DNA from: Octopus sinensis
Lineage: Eukaryota
NCBI RefSeq assembly: GCF_006345805.1
Contig: NC_042997.1
Span: forward strand, 113,770,001 to 113,834,000
Direction: 5' to 3'
DNA: 64,000 nucleotides
Positions 38,343 to 50,975 of this stretch are shown in pieces (within the stretch, counting starts at the first letter, position 1; every line of letters begins with the position of its first letter). Position numbers and translations under genes: made by a program. A model generated the notes under the pieces. The model saw nothing but the letters and a program-made list of their open reading frames with translations. It was not told where the DNA came from and made no database searches.

Positions 38343-38750
38343 AGGCGCAGGAGTGGCTGTGTGATAAGTAGCTTGCTAACCAACCACATGGTTCCGGGTT
38401 CAGTCCCACTGCGTGGCATCTTGGGCAAGTGTCTTCTGCTATAGCTCCGGGCCGACCAATGCCTTGTGAGTAGATTTGGTAGACGGAAACTGAAGGAAGC
38501 TTGTCGTATATATGTATATATATATGTATGTGTGTGTGTTTGTGTGTCTGTGTTTGTCCCCCTAGCATTGCTTGACAACCGATGCTGGTGTGCTTATGTC
38601 CCCGTCACTTAGCGGTTCGGCAAAAAGAGACCGATAGAATAAGTACTGGGCTTACAAAGAATAAGTCCCAGGGTCGATTTGCTTGACTAAAGGCGGTGCT
38701 CCAGCATGGCCGCAGTCAAATGACTGAAACAAGTAAATGAGTAAATGAGT
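38343..38750 (+). mobile_element. tRNA-derived SINE family A, full-length and well preserved
   Basis: Head ggcgcaggagtggctgtgtgataag (A box)...ggttccgggttcagtccc (B box), an internal (TA)/(TG) tract, the tail ggcggtgctccagcatggccgcagtcaaatgactgaaac, then (agtaaatg)n. Confidence 0.92.
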
Positions 38751-40022
38751 ATATGAACTAATGTAATAAGATGTGACGAATGTTATGATTTACATAAATT
38801 AATAAAATTACAGATAACTGATATGAGTCGGTTATCTATAGTTTTAATAAATGTTAAAATATTATTACAAAGAAAAAAAAAACGCCCATGCGGTGCCATG
38901 TAAAAGCACCAGCTCACTCTGTGAAGTGATAGGCATTAGTAAGAGCCATAGAAACCATGCCACATTAGACTGGAACCTGGTGCAGCTACCCAGCACCAGT
39001 CAAACCGTCCGACCTATGCCAGCATGGTCAATGGATATTGAATGATGATGAAAAAATGTTACTGACATCATCATCAAACTTTAACATGCACTTTTCCATG
39101 TTTCCATGGGTCAGATCGAATTTGTTGAGGCAGATTTTCTACAGCCAGATGCCCCTTTTCTAGGCAAGCAAGGTAATATTTTCCTCTAGGCAGACACATT
39201 TTTCATGGAATAGAAACGAACATTACTTATATGACAGTGATGCTTGCTTACAACTATCATGTGATGTATAGACAAGAGTATACACAAAAGCACACGATAT
39301 ATATATATATATATATATATGACAAGCTTCTTTTTTCAGTTTCCATCTAACATATCCATTCACAAGGCTTTGGTGGGCATGAAATTGAACCCGAGATCAC
39401 ATGGTTGGGAAGTCAGCTTCTTAACCACTCAGCCACACCTGCATCTGTTACATATCATGCAAAACTAGACTAGCACCAATTTTATATAAACTTCCTTCAC
39501 AGTCTAATATATGTATAAATTGTGTTATAAAATGTATAATATGAAGGTGTATAATTAATTTGCAAAGTTAATACACTGCCCACTAATTTTATGGGAGAGA
39601 GTTTAAGTCTTACTAATAGATATACTGAGTTGTAAAATGTGCATAATTATGTTTGCTCCAATAATGGGCTAATGGTTGTCATGTTAATGAGTGAAGGTTT
39701 GGCAATCAGACAGGAGTAAAGAAGAATATCCAATATAAGCCACCCTTTACTTGAAAGTATAGGAAAATGCATGTAAAACAGTATAAAATAAATTACTTCA
39801 ACCTGTCTACATAATAATCTTAAATAGGTTGTACACACCTGAATGTGCAATAGTAGGCCTGAGTTGATTCTAAAGAGAACTGAACTCACAACAGTCCATT
39901 TACAGATCATGTCTTAACTTTGGTTTTAATGTAAAACATTTCAATGCCACATTTCATAATATACAATGTATAATTAATTTAAACACACAATGATGATTAA
40001 CTTTAATTACAGGAAAACTTAC

Positions 40023-40112
40023 TTCAACTGAGCAAGTTCTTTAATTAAATCTTTTACTATTTTGGTTCCATCATTTTCAATCTCTTTAGTCTGTGGTTGC
40101 AGGAATAGCTTT
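40023..40112 (-). CDS. Candidate internal exon (90 nt, phase 2/2) encoding KLFLQPQTKEIENDGTKIVKDLIKELAQL
   Basis: Acceptor attatttttattttacag|A and donor TTGAA|gtaagt. Only one frame stays open, and the peptide looks natural. Confidence 0.6.
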
Positions 40113-40649
40113 CTGTAAAATAAAAATAATCTTTTTCTTATTTCAAAATGAAAATAAATATTGTAATCATTAATTTAGAAGAAAATGATAAATAATAAGT
40201 TTAACATCAGTAAGGCCGATATTTGTAGGTAAAATGTGAGCAGAGAAGTTTCCAGAGGATTGAGGTTCTAGAAAGTGAGTAGTATAAATTTCTGCATGTC
40301 AGATACAAAAAGGATAAAGAAAAATGGAAAGGCAGGTACATCAGATGGCCTTGCATGAGGGTTCCACACAGAGGAGTAGAAATGGAAACTGTATAAGTCT
40401 AAAGAGACAAAGAACACATCACATTGATAGGATAATGGTTGGTGAGTATATATTTAGCAATTAGACAGGTTTGCCTATATTTTTTAGTTTTTTTTTTTTG
40501 TATGAGGCTTAGAAAATCTGATGCAATCTAAAACAAAAGTTGACAGTTGTACTGAATACGTAACCAATAAGGAGACAAGAAGTATGTTATTGTCTTTATC
40601 GATGAAATAAACAACAAAAATGTTTTTCACCATCATATACATAAGCGTA

Positions 40650-41060
40650 TGTGTGCACACGGAAGTGTGTTTGTACATGCATGTGTGCACACAAGTGTGC
40701 ATGTGAGTGCATGTGGAAGTGTGTGTATGTGTGTGTGCATGTAGAAGTGTGTCTATGTGTGTGCATGTAGAAGTGTGTCTATGTGTGTGCATGCAGAAGT
40801 GTGTCTATGTGTGCATGCAGAAGTGTGTCTATGTGTGTGCATGCAGAAGTGTGTCTATGTGTATGCATGCAGAAGTGTGTCTATGTGTGTGCATGCCGAA
40901 GTGTGTCTATGTGTGTGCATGCAGAAGTGTGTCTATGTGTGTGCATGCAGAAGTGTGTCTATGTGTGTGAGTGTGTGTGTGAGCGTGTGAGTTTGTGCGA
41001 GTGAGTGTGTGTGTGAGTGTGTGCAAGTGAGCATGTGTGAGTGTGAGAGCGCGCATGCGC
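40650..41060. repeat. 26-bp minisatellite (gcatgcagaagtgtgtctatgtgtgt)n grading into TG/AG microsatellite
   Basis: About 10 near-identical units between 40707 and 40970. Confidence 0.95.
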
Positions 41061-41295
41061 GCCTGGAAGTGGTATATATGCTTGTCCTAAGATTTGTGGT
41101 TTTATAGCTAATTGTTATTATTCCTTGAGCTTCCACAGTTTCTGTTTATGACATTCACCTAGCCAAGGTAGAAAGCAGTGGAATTGAACCTGAAACTGCA
41201 AAGTTGCAAAGTGAACTTCTTACCCACATATTGGTTCAAAAGTAATTATTGTTGGATTGCTTTGCTAGCTTCTATTTTTTTATTTTTTTTTTTAC

Positions 41296-41434
41296 TTGGA
41301 GCTGCAACCATAACTGCAGGGTCTCAGAGACAGGTGGAGAAAAAGAAAGCAACCACAACTAACGGGTTGCAGCAGTAGCAAGCTGCACCTAGATTGGAGA
41401 TCTGGTCTGAATCTTTGCAATAGAGTGGACTTTG
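41296..41434 (-). CDS. Possible linking exon (139 nt, phase 1/2); an alternative model is given in findings
   Basis: Acceptor tcttgtgtatctttag|CA and weak donor TCCAA|gtaaaa. The frame is open and the phases bridge the 46015 donor to the 40112 acceptor. Confidence 0.3.
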
Positions 41435-44426
41435 CTAAAGATACACAAGAGGTAGGTCATCATCATGGTCATCATTTAATGTCCATGTTTCATAGTGGCA
41501 TAGGTTAGATGGTTTGACAGTATCTGATGGGTCCAAGGACTATATTGTGCTCCACTGTCTATGTTATCAAGATGTTTTTCTTATTACCAACCACTTTATA
41601 GTGTGTACTGGGTGCTATTTTTCATGTCACTAGTACTAATGAGGTTACCATGCAGCTTGCAAGACTACAAACAACCAGATTTGGTGGGAGGCCTTTATGC
41701 TAGGAAATGAGGGATTACGATATGGGAAAAAACCCAGAGTAGAACACATTTCTTGCTGTATTTGAGCAACCTGGTTACTCAGATGTTAGAAGAAATGTGA
41801 ATAATGGTGATGAGGTGTCTGTATGAACCCTGAAAGTGTGAAGTGGATAGCAAAGAGTGAAGACAGAGAAACCAAAAGTGTGGGTGGATAGAGGTCGCAA
41901 GAGAGAGAGTGAGAGATGGGGAATAGGCAAGGGATATGCGAATCTAATGAATGAAGAATAAATGTCGAGGGATGGATGTAATGAATGGTAGATGTGGTTG
42001 GGGTTTGTCCAATGATCCATGGGAGTGAAGAGTAGCAGAATAGTAATGTTGGTATAGTAGACAGGAGAAGAAAGATGAGAGAGGGAGATGACATGGTAGG
42101 ATAGGTTGCCAAAATGTTGGTCGTGGGAAAGAAAAGCAGGCATAGTGTAACAGACAAAGGTTGAGAGGCATATAGTGGTGGAGAAGGAGAGATAATTTGG
42201 TAGTTCAGTGGGATGATCAATGTAAAATGTGGTTGAAGAGAACAGTATAAAGTTGTGAACAGCGGTATTAAACTGGATGACAGTTTAAATCTACTATTGA
42301 ATAAGTTTTTGATAAATACAGTGTAGACTGGGGCTGTTTCATATCACGTTATAAAAAGCAATTAAATCAAATTGAATTTATTGATGGTTAAATTAGAATT
42401 TAATAGTGAATACATCTTTACAATTAAATAAAGTATTAGCTTAAATATTAAAAAGGTATACGAAAGAGTACACGGGAAAGGTTATAAATATGGACACACA
42501 TCACAATATAATCCTCTTTCACAGATCTTTAATATTCGCAAATATTCATAAATGTTAATAAAATTCCATTACCCTTTATCAGAGAATTGTTCATTATCTG
42601 ACAGCTCAGAAACACAGATCTGGGAATCTGTTAAATCCATATCATCAAATATATTATCTGTAATAACAACAGTAATAAAAACAACACATGACATATCAAT
42701 ACGGTACGGAAATTAGTAGGGTAGGGGTCAGTTATATGACTGATATCGCTTTTATTCACCCTGGAGAAATTGAAGAAGGTCAGAGTGAAATGCTGGCAGC
42801 ATTTGAATTTAAGGACATAAAGGAGTGTATTGTTGAAACCACAAATCACTACATCTTGTACTCTACCATTTCTAATATTCTAACAGCCTGAGGATGAACA
42901 TGATATTAATGGCAATTCAATAATGTGTAGCAAAACTGAAATTAGCAATAAATGAAAGCTTAGTGATAATATATGTATGAAAGAAATATAACATTCAATC
43001 TCAGTGAGGAGAATATAACATTCAATCTCAGTCCTTAATTTCAATTAAGTAAGTGGGTGCCTTTAGATATTTAGTGCATGGTGCATTAGAAATCTAATGT
43101 TGAATGAAATAGGCAGTGTGGAAATTAAAAAATTAATATTAATTTATGACAACTGTTTATACATAAGATTGAAATTTACAGCTGAAGTATTCAGAAAATT
43201 AAATTTTCTCAAAAATTTTTGTTGTAAACAGGAGGTAATAAAAAATACTCAAAATTGGATACATTTTTATTAAACATTTTTGTAGTTAAAAAAATGTAAA
43301 TAGAATATTTGGTAAAATATTTGCAATTTTCAATGACAACTAAAATATTATCAAGATTGAAGTTGAATACTTTATGTAAGTGAAGGTATGTAGCCTTATG
43401 GTTAGGGTGTTGCACTCACAACATCAGACCATGGTTTGACTCCCAGACCAGGTGTGTTGTGTTCTTGAGCAAAGCACTTAATTTCAGTTGCTCCAATTCA
43501 CTCAGCTGTAAATGAGTTCCAGCAATAGTTGTGATCCCATTCAGTGGGGAGTGTCTTATATGCCATGAAAATCGGGTTAAGCTCGAGCATTTTGAGCTCT
43601 AAGGCTTATGTCAGACCTAAGCCTAAACCAAGCCAATGTGTGATGGAGAAATCACTTAACAAAGGAATACTTCTCCACATGCCAAATATTTTATAGGGAA
43701 AAAATATTGTATTTTCAAATTAGATTGAAACAATATAAACCTAATAGATTTTTGTCTTATATTTCTGGGTCTGTAATTATATTTAAAAAGTTAAAGGTAT
43801 ATAGAAATGTTTTGATACATTTGACTAAATCCATTTCTCACATCATAGTGTATTTCTCTCAACACTACCTTCTCACAACAAATTCTTTCTGCTCAGCATA
43901 GTGCAACTTCTTTCAGGACTTCACCTAAAGTCATCATTCACTCTCCTAGTTTCTCTTTCAGTGGTGGGGGCTTTTTCACCCTCTATGTCACATAATGACT
44001 TCACTAGTACTGGTGGTAAAAAAAAAAGCATCTAGCACACTCAGTAGTTGGCAAATTGAACTGAGACAAAACAGAATTTGAGAAAAATTTTTAACCTTGC
44101 CAATGGCAAGATAACCTCTGTAGTGCTGGTTCCATAAAAATGTGCACCCAGTACACTCTGTAAATTAGTTTCTATAGATGGATACCCCTCCTAACACCAA
44201 CCAAGTCAGACTGAGACATGTGGAACAAGACATGGTACTCTAACTTGTCAGATCCAGTCCAGCATGGAAAGCAGACTAAAATGCTGATGATTATTTCACA
44301 ATTGTCTGTGGAGAGAGATAAGATTTTGACTAATTTATCATTTAGTCAAGAAAACATAAAAGCTGTTTCAAGCTCTCATTGGTTGACAAAGGCACATGCA
44401 TGAGGCTAATAGCATTAATATTAGCG

Positions 44427-45003
44427 ACCTGTTGACTGCTTGCGAAGACCTGTTGAGGCAAGTAAAATCAAAATCAAATTCAATGACTGGCGTCCGTGCT
44501 AGTGGTGTGCAAAGAGCACCATAATACAAGTGTGATCATTGACAGAGCGGCTAACCAGCTTCTGTGCCAGTGGCACTTAAAAGGCACCATTCGAGAATGA
44601 TCATTACCGGTGTCGCCTTACTGGCACTCGAGCCCTGTGCTAGTAGGGTATTAAGAGCACCATCCGAGCATGATCATTGCCAGAGTGCTTATCTAGTCGC
44701 CGTGCCAGTGGCACGTAAAAGACACCATTCGAGCATGATTGTTACCAACATCGCCTTACTGGCACCTGTACCGGTGGCATGTGTAAAAGATTCAAGCGAG
44801 GTCATTGCCAGTACCGCCTGACTGGCACGTAAAAGCACCTACTACACTTTCAGAGTGGTTGGCGTTAGGAAGGGCATCCAGCTGTAGAAACTCTGCCAGA
44901 TCAAGATTGAAGCCTGGTGCAGCCATCTGGTTCGCCAGCCCTCAGTCATTTGTCCAACCCATGCCAGCACGGAAAGCGGATGTTAAACGATGATGATGAT
45001 GAT
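44427..45003 (+). mobile_element. RTE 3' end with about five tandem 3'-UTR units
   Basis: Units gtggcac(g/t)taaaa(g/a)gcaccattcgagcatgatc..., the standard terminal segment and a (GAT)n tail. Confidence 0.88.
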
Positions 45004-46014
45004 GTATCAACCCCAGTACTTAATTGGGTTGATGACTTATTTTATCAACTCCAGAGGGTATTAAAAGCAAAATTAATCTCAATGAATTTAAATTCAGAAT
45101 GTAAAAAGTCAAATAAAACATCACAAAGCATTTTCCCCAACTGTCAATCCACCACCCTCTATTAAGAGTTATAAAAATAATGAAAATGGTGTTAGATAAA
45201 TGTGATATAAAAAGAAAAAAAAATTACAATAGCAGTACAGAAGACATAGGTGTGGTACAATTTGATGATGGACAAATGGTTGAAGAGTGTTTGATAAGAA
45301 AGGTTTGCCTTTTGATAAACCAGATCTTATTTATGGATACAGTCCAAAACTGAAGAGGGCATCATGTAGTGCACCTTCTTAGATATATGGACAGCACTTA
45401 AGTGCAAAGATCTCCTACCTAGTATATGTGTATCACAGAAAAAAAGCATAGATTGACTGCAATCAATATTGGCTGGAATGTAACCAATGAAATAGTATAC
45501 TTGAAAGAAAATTGCATAAAATTTCTTGCCAAACAGTTTTGCCAAATGTTCTAAAATGTAACTAAAAGTTATAAGAAGCTGAGATATCAAACTCTAAGAC
45601 AGAACAACCTCAGGTGCTGCACACAATTCTGTCAGTCAACTCTGGTAAGACATTTTCATTTTTACAACTTATTCTGTCTTTAATAACCATGAATAATTTT
45701 CATATAAATAACTAAAATATTTTATACAATGAGGACTTTAACTATCACATTTACTATCTCATGTATAGTGTTTTATTCAAACAATTGTTGTACATAGATA
45801 AATACAAATGTACTGGGTAATATAATATATGTAAACTTATATGTGTCGTTATTCTAATCTTCACACAGCCTAATATTATGTACTACCAACAACAAACTAA
45901 TGACCAAACCTACTAAAAGTTCTAGTGTGAAAATTACAGAAAAATATAACACTATCTGATAAGCAATACTCAAAGTTACAAATAATATTTCATAATAAAA
46001 ACCTAACCATTTAC

Positions 46015-48526
46015 CTTTCATGTGAAAAGCAGAATTGTTTGATGATGAAGATGACTGTGGAAGTTTCAATGGTAAGGTGGTTGTCATTGTGATTTCACTG
46101 TTGCTATTACTTTTCTCAAGAGGTTTTACAATTGATGTAAGACTGGATACAGAATTAGTTTCCTTTACCAAATGGTGTAGCACATTCTTAGGCTGACTTT
46201 TAATGTTTTCACTATCAATTACAGGTTTTAATTTAATTTTGTCTTTAGAAATTTGTCTGAAAGAATCAGCTATTTCACTTGTGTCACCAATAAGCTTAGA
46301 AAAAGAACTCAATGTTTCTAACTCAAACAATTTTTGACTTGTTTGTTCCTTTGCTTGCTGCTCAGCTAATTGTTCTTTTGCTTTCATCTCTGGTTGATTT
46401 TCCTTCACTTTTACCCCAAAGAATTTTTCAGATGTCTTTTGCACATCCAATTGTTTCAGTGTCTCTAGCTCAGAGAAATGTTTTTCTGTTTGAATATCTG
46501 GCAATTGTTTCTTTACCTCTACTGCAAACAACTTGTTTCTTACTGATGGATCAGATACAGGCACTCTTTGTTGATTTGGTAAATATGCTATTTCTAGATC
46601 TGGTTTCTTTCCTTGCTGTAAATCTGTCAGGTGTTCCACTTGTTGACTACACATATGATCAGTGTTCTGTTGATGTAGCAAATATTCTGTTCTCTTCAAA
46701 TCAAGTAGATGGTTTGTTTCTTGTGGTTGTGGAAGACAGTCTGTGGTCTGTAGATCAAGCATGGAGTCCACACCCTTGAGACCCGATGGATGATCTACTT
46801 TCTGTAAATTAGGCAGGTGATCTACTCTTGGTAGATCAAGAAAGAGGTCCTTTGTCTTTAGATCTGGGTGGTACTCATCTGTTGATGCCTCTGGATGGTG
46901 CTTGACCTTCAGTGCCTCTAGGTGCTGAACATCTGTTGGTGCCTCTGGGTGCCGCTCAGCTGTCAATGGATCTAGACAATGCTTGGCTGTCAATGGATCT
47001 GAGCAATGCTTGGCTGTCAATGGATCTGAGCAATGCTTGGCTGTCAATGGATCTGGGCGGCACATGACTGTTGGTGGATTTGGGCAGCGCTCAGCTGTTG
47101 GTGCTTCTGGCCAGTGCTTGGCTGTCGATGGATTTGGGTGGTACTCAGCTTCTGGGTGGCATTCAGCTGTCAATGCCTCTGCCCAGCACTCAGTTGGTGG
47201 TGCTTCAGCCTGGTGCTCAGCTGCCGGTGTCTCTGCCTGTTGTTCAGCCATTGATGTTTCTGCTTGGTGCTCAGCTGTCAATGGATCTGGCCAGCAGTCA
47301 GCTGTTGGTGGATCTGGTTGATGCTCAGATTTCAGTGGATCAGGCCAGCAATCAGCAGCCGGTGGATTTGGAACATGTTCAGCTGATGGTGGACCTAGAA
47401 GGTGCTTTATTATCTGAAGATCTGGCATTTTCTCTCCTGTCTGAAGACCTAATAATTGACCTTTTGCCTGTAGATCTGAAAGTGCATCCTTTGCTCGTAA
47501 ACCTGGAAAATTTTCTTTTGTCTGTAAATTTAATTGTTGTGTTTCAATACGCAAAGGTAATAGCTGTTTTCCTGACTGAATTTCTGACATTTTCCCAACT
47601 GTCTTAATATCAGGTAAATGCTCATTATACAAATTACAGTTTAATCCTTTAGATAAATTCAGAGTAACTTCCTTATTTACATTAATATTAGTTTGAAAGC
47701 TTTCTTTCGCAGATAAAATAATTTGATTATCATTGCTATTAGGAAAATTACTTTCCAGTTTCTCACTTTGAAGTGGTAACTTACTCTCACATTCTATTTC
47801 TGATATGGAAGAACTAGGAATATTAGAAATGTCAATGTTGGGATTATTCTCACTACAAATTGATATTGCACACTTATCTTTTGGAATAGTTTCTAGAAAG
47901 CTGATAACTCCATCTCTGTTTTTAATATCTTCATTTAGAATGTCAGATTTCAGAGCACACAGTTCTAAACCTGAAGACATGGCCAAATAAGCCTCAGATT
48001 GTTTCACACTTACATCTTCCATAGAAGAAATCAATTTTTCACAATTAGGTGATTTGTATTCCATTTCTATCTTTCTTATACAATCAACAGTGTTAGAATT
48101 CTCAGACAGTTCCAAATGGCTTCCATCTTTGCAGTTTAGTCTGTCTTCATTAAGAATCTCCGCTGAAGTTTGATTATCAGATTTAGAATCGTTATTCTTT
48201 TTAACCTCAGTCATTTCAAGCTTCTGTAGTTTACTTTCCTTCAAATCAGCAGCTTGTGATTCTACACAGATCTTTTCTATGTCAGCATTATCTGTACTTA
48301 TTTGCAGTATTTGCTCAGACACATCACAAGAAGCTTTATTATTTCTATTTTCTGGTGCCATATTTATTTGTGTTATTTGTTCTACAGCAGGAGTATCATG
48401 AGTTGCTTTATCCTTTATTTTACTATGCTTTGGTTCATCTTGTTGCTCATGAAATATGCTTTCGGGATTTCTGGACAGAATTTGAAACAGAAAATATAAA
48501 TCAGTTAATTTTCTTTCTTTTTTTAT
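46015..48526 (-). CDS. Giant exon (2512 nt, phase 0/1) of an unidentified gene: low-complexity E/K/S/N-rich protein with nonapeptide tandem repeats
   Basis: The 835-codon ORF (45854-48361) stays open a further 55 codons upstream to the acceptor ttttctttgttttattatattttgaaag|ATA. There is a donor ATGAAAG|gtaaat at 46015/46014. No TE motifs are present. Confidence 0.85.
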
Positions 48527-49044
48527 CTTTCAAAATATAATAAAACAAAGAAAATTTTAGGACTAAAAAGACCTAAGCATTTTGTATAATAAATTTAACA
48601 TTTTTCATAACTATATTGATAAGAAATTGAGATGACAAGGAAATAAACAATTAACTTATGAACTTCATTAGCTTACAGCTGTTTCTGCTGTAAGATGCAG
48701 TGGACCCATAGTTGAGTGCCTTACTATCATCTTACAGCTTCACTGGAAGCTCAAACATGAAGTGCAATTTATTTTGAAAAACAATTACTCTGTGTGTGTG
48801 TGTGTGTGGTGTGTGTGTAAAACCCTACTGGTGCTGGCCCCATATAAAAAGCATCAGTACTGGTCTTGCATAAAAAGCACCCTGTACACAGTGTAAAGTG
48901 ATCAGCATTAGGAAGAGTATCTAGCCATCAAAACAATGTCAAAACAGACAATGGAGCCTAGTATATTTCCCAGCCCAACCCATGACAGCATGGAAAACAG
49001 ATGTTAAATGATGAGGTTGATGAATATATATATATATGTATGTA

Positions 49045-50975
49045 TGTTGGGTTATGTTACTGGTACCATGTAACCCAGTACTACTTGTTACATGGTAGGG
49101 TCGTCAGCAACTAAACTGGCCCACTCCACCAATTTCACTTGAGGAGGAGGGTGTGTACTGGACACCCGGCAGGGTTAAAAACAAAACCTGTAAAAGGGTA
49201 GAAGAACTGCCAAACCACCTGAGGTGATGGAAGGAGGAGCTGCACTGGGACTCAAGCTACAGAGTGACAAGGCCAGCATGTTGGTGTTTCAGAGAGGGAA
49301 TGAGATCCCAGAACTGGGCTCAAATACGAGTAGGCAGGAACTGTTTTCTGTGTGTGGGAAACTGCTGGGACACTACCCGATTGCATGATGGCACCGGACA
49401 GCATGCAGCTTCATCAAGAGGCGAGCTGAAGGAGTGAGGTGGAGTGATAACATGGGTGAGAAGACAACTGCCATGATGCAAGAAGTCTTGGAGAGTGTGA
49501 CTGCAGAGGACCCAGTAAGAGGGAACTGTTATGTGCCCAAATTGAAGAAGGGGATCATGTGGTGTGATGCCAGCAGCATAGCAACGGAAGTTGTCCTGGA
49601 AATTGGAGGTGTTGTGGTGGAGGATACAGCCTGGCTTAAGAAGAAGGACAACTGCAACCACATCAATGTGGCGGAGCTGGATGCCATGTTGAAAGGGCTG
49701 AAACTGGCCCTGAGGTAGGGGCTGCATACCATCGAGATCCAGACCAATTTGGCCACTGTACTTAGATGGGTGGGATCAGTGATCATTGGCAAGCGGAGTG
49801 TGCAAACCAAAAGGGGTGCAGAGATGCTGATAAAATGCCATTTGGGAATTCTGGGCAAGCTAGCTGCCAAGTTTAACCTGAGGTTGAGTGTGGTTTTTGT
49901 ACCCTCTGAGAGGAATAGAGCAGATGTCCTAACCAGAGTAAAGAAAGCCTGGCTGCAGGTGCCAGAGGATCTGGAGCAAGGAGTGGCTGCAGTGTATCGA
50001 CTGAGTGACTCGGAGCTGAGGAGATTGCATGCCATGCATCACGTGGGGGTGGACAGGACTCTGTTCCTTGCCAGGAAAGTTGACTCTGATGTGACTAAGC
50101 AGAGTGTGCAAAGAGTAGTTGGGAGCTGTGACAGGTGCCAGTCCATTGACCCCACTCTGGTGTGCATGAGGCAGGAAGCATTCCAGTGGAACACAACTGG
50201 AAACGACTGGCAGTGGACGTCACACACTACGGGCAGGGGACACACCTCTCGATGGTCGACTACGGACTGGGGTGTTTGGCCATATGGAGAGAAATGAAGA
50301 CAGATATTCCTAGAATGAGGCCCTGTGGATGAGCTGCTTGTAGACAATGGCACTGCATTTCGCTTGGAGGTGCTGGGGAAATGCTTGACAAGTGGCATGT
50401 CAGCCGTTTCTTCAGGGCAGCATACCGGCCAAGTGGTAATGGGGTTGTGGAGAGGCATCATTGTACCATCAAGACCATAGCAGAGAAGGACAACATCTCA
50501 CTGGTCGAGGCCATTTTTTGGTATAATATGTTACCCAAGACGAAACAGGCTGAGGTGTCAGTGCCACACAGGGCAATAGTCAAGTAGAAGTGGAGACATC
50601 CATGTACCACATCGCCACATCTCGCAGAAGAGAAGGTGCATGCCTTTGTGCAGGTTGCGGAAGAAGTCTGGGTTAAACCCCCAAATGCATAGTGCACATC
50701 ACAATGGAAAAAGAGGACAATAACCTCTGGGAATTCGAGGAACAATGTGTCTGTAGATGACGTGCCATGACATTTTTTGGATGTGTGCAGGATCATCACT
50801 GCGACAGAGGATGGGGCCAACAGTAATGGACAAGAGGACGAAGCTGGCAGCAACATACCAGGAACTGAAACCAGTCCTGAAGTCTCACAGTAGTAACAGA
50901 GGGAGCAGTGCCCTCCTCACTGGTTGGCTGATTAGGTGTCAATTTAAGGCATGTGGTCAGGGTTGAAAAGAGGGT
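49045..50975 (+). mobile_element. Decayed, internally deleted Gypsy-type LTR retrotransposon; a putative LTR may extend to ~51500
   Basis: A degenerate CCHC knuckle at ~49340 is followed by RNase H (MWCDASS..HINVAELDA..RNRADVLTR), the integrase zinc finger (HAMHH..CDRC) and core (VDNG, YRPSGNGVVERHH). A purine tract aaaagaggg precedes TG at 50975. Confidence 0.85.

Noticed and set aside
38343-38420. tRNA-like A/B boxes
   Set aside because: These are SINE heads continuing into SINE body, with no complete cloverleaf. No true tRNA gene was found in the window.
40484-41136. Cys/Val-rich repeat ORFs
   Set aside because: These are translations of a 26-bp minisatellite, whose unit length is not a multiple of 3.
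41224-41250. Idea that A-to-I editing recodes the in-frame TAA to allow read-through to the 41224 donor
   Set aside because: It needs two edits (UAA to UGG), and the resulting phase 1 does not fit the phase-2 exon at 40112. There is no evidence in the DNA.
44540-44840. CRISPR-like repeat/spacer appearance of the RTE 3'-UTR units
   Set aside because: The repeats are degenerate, the 'spacers' are related to each other, the array lies inside a eukaryotic LINE, and there are no cas genes.
46312-47607. Plus-strand ORFs of 73-178 aa
   Set aside because: They are antisense shadows of the repetitive minus-strand exon.
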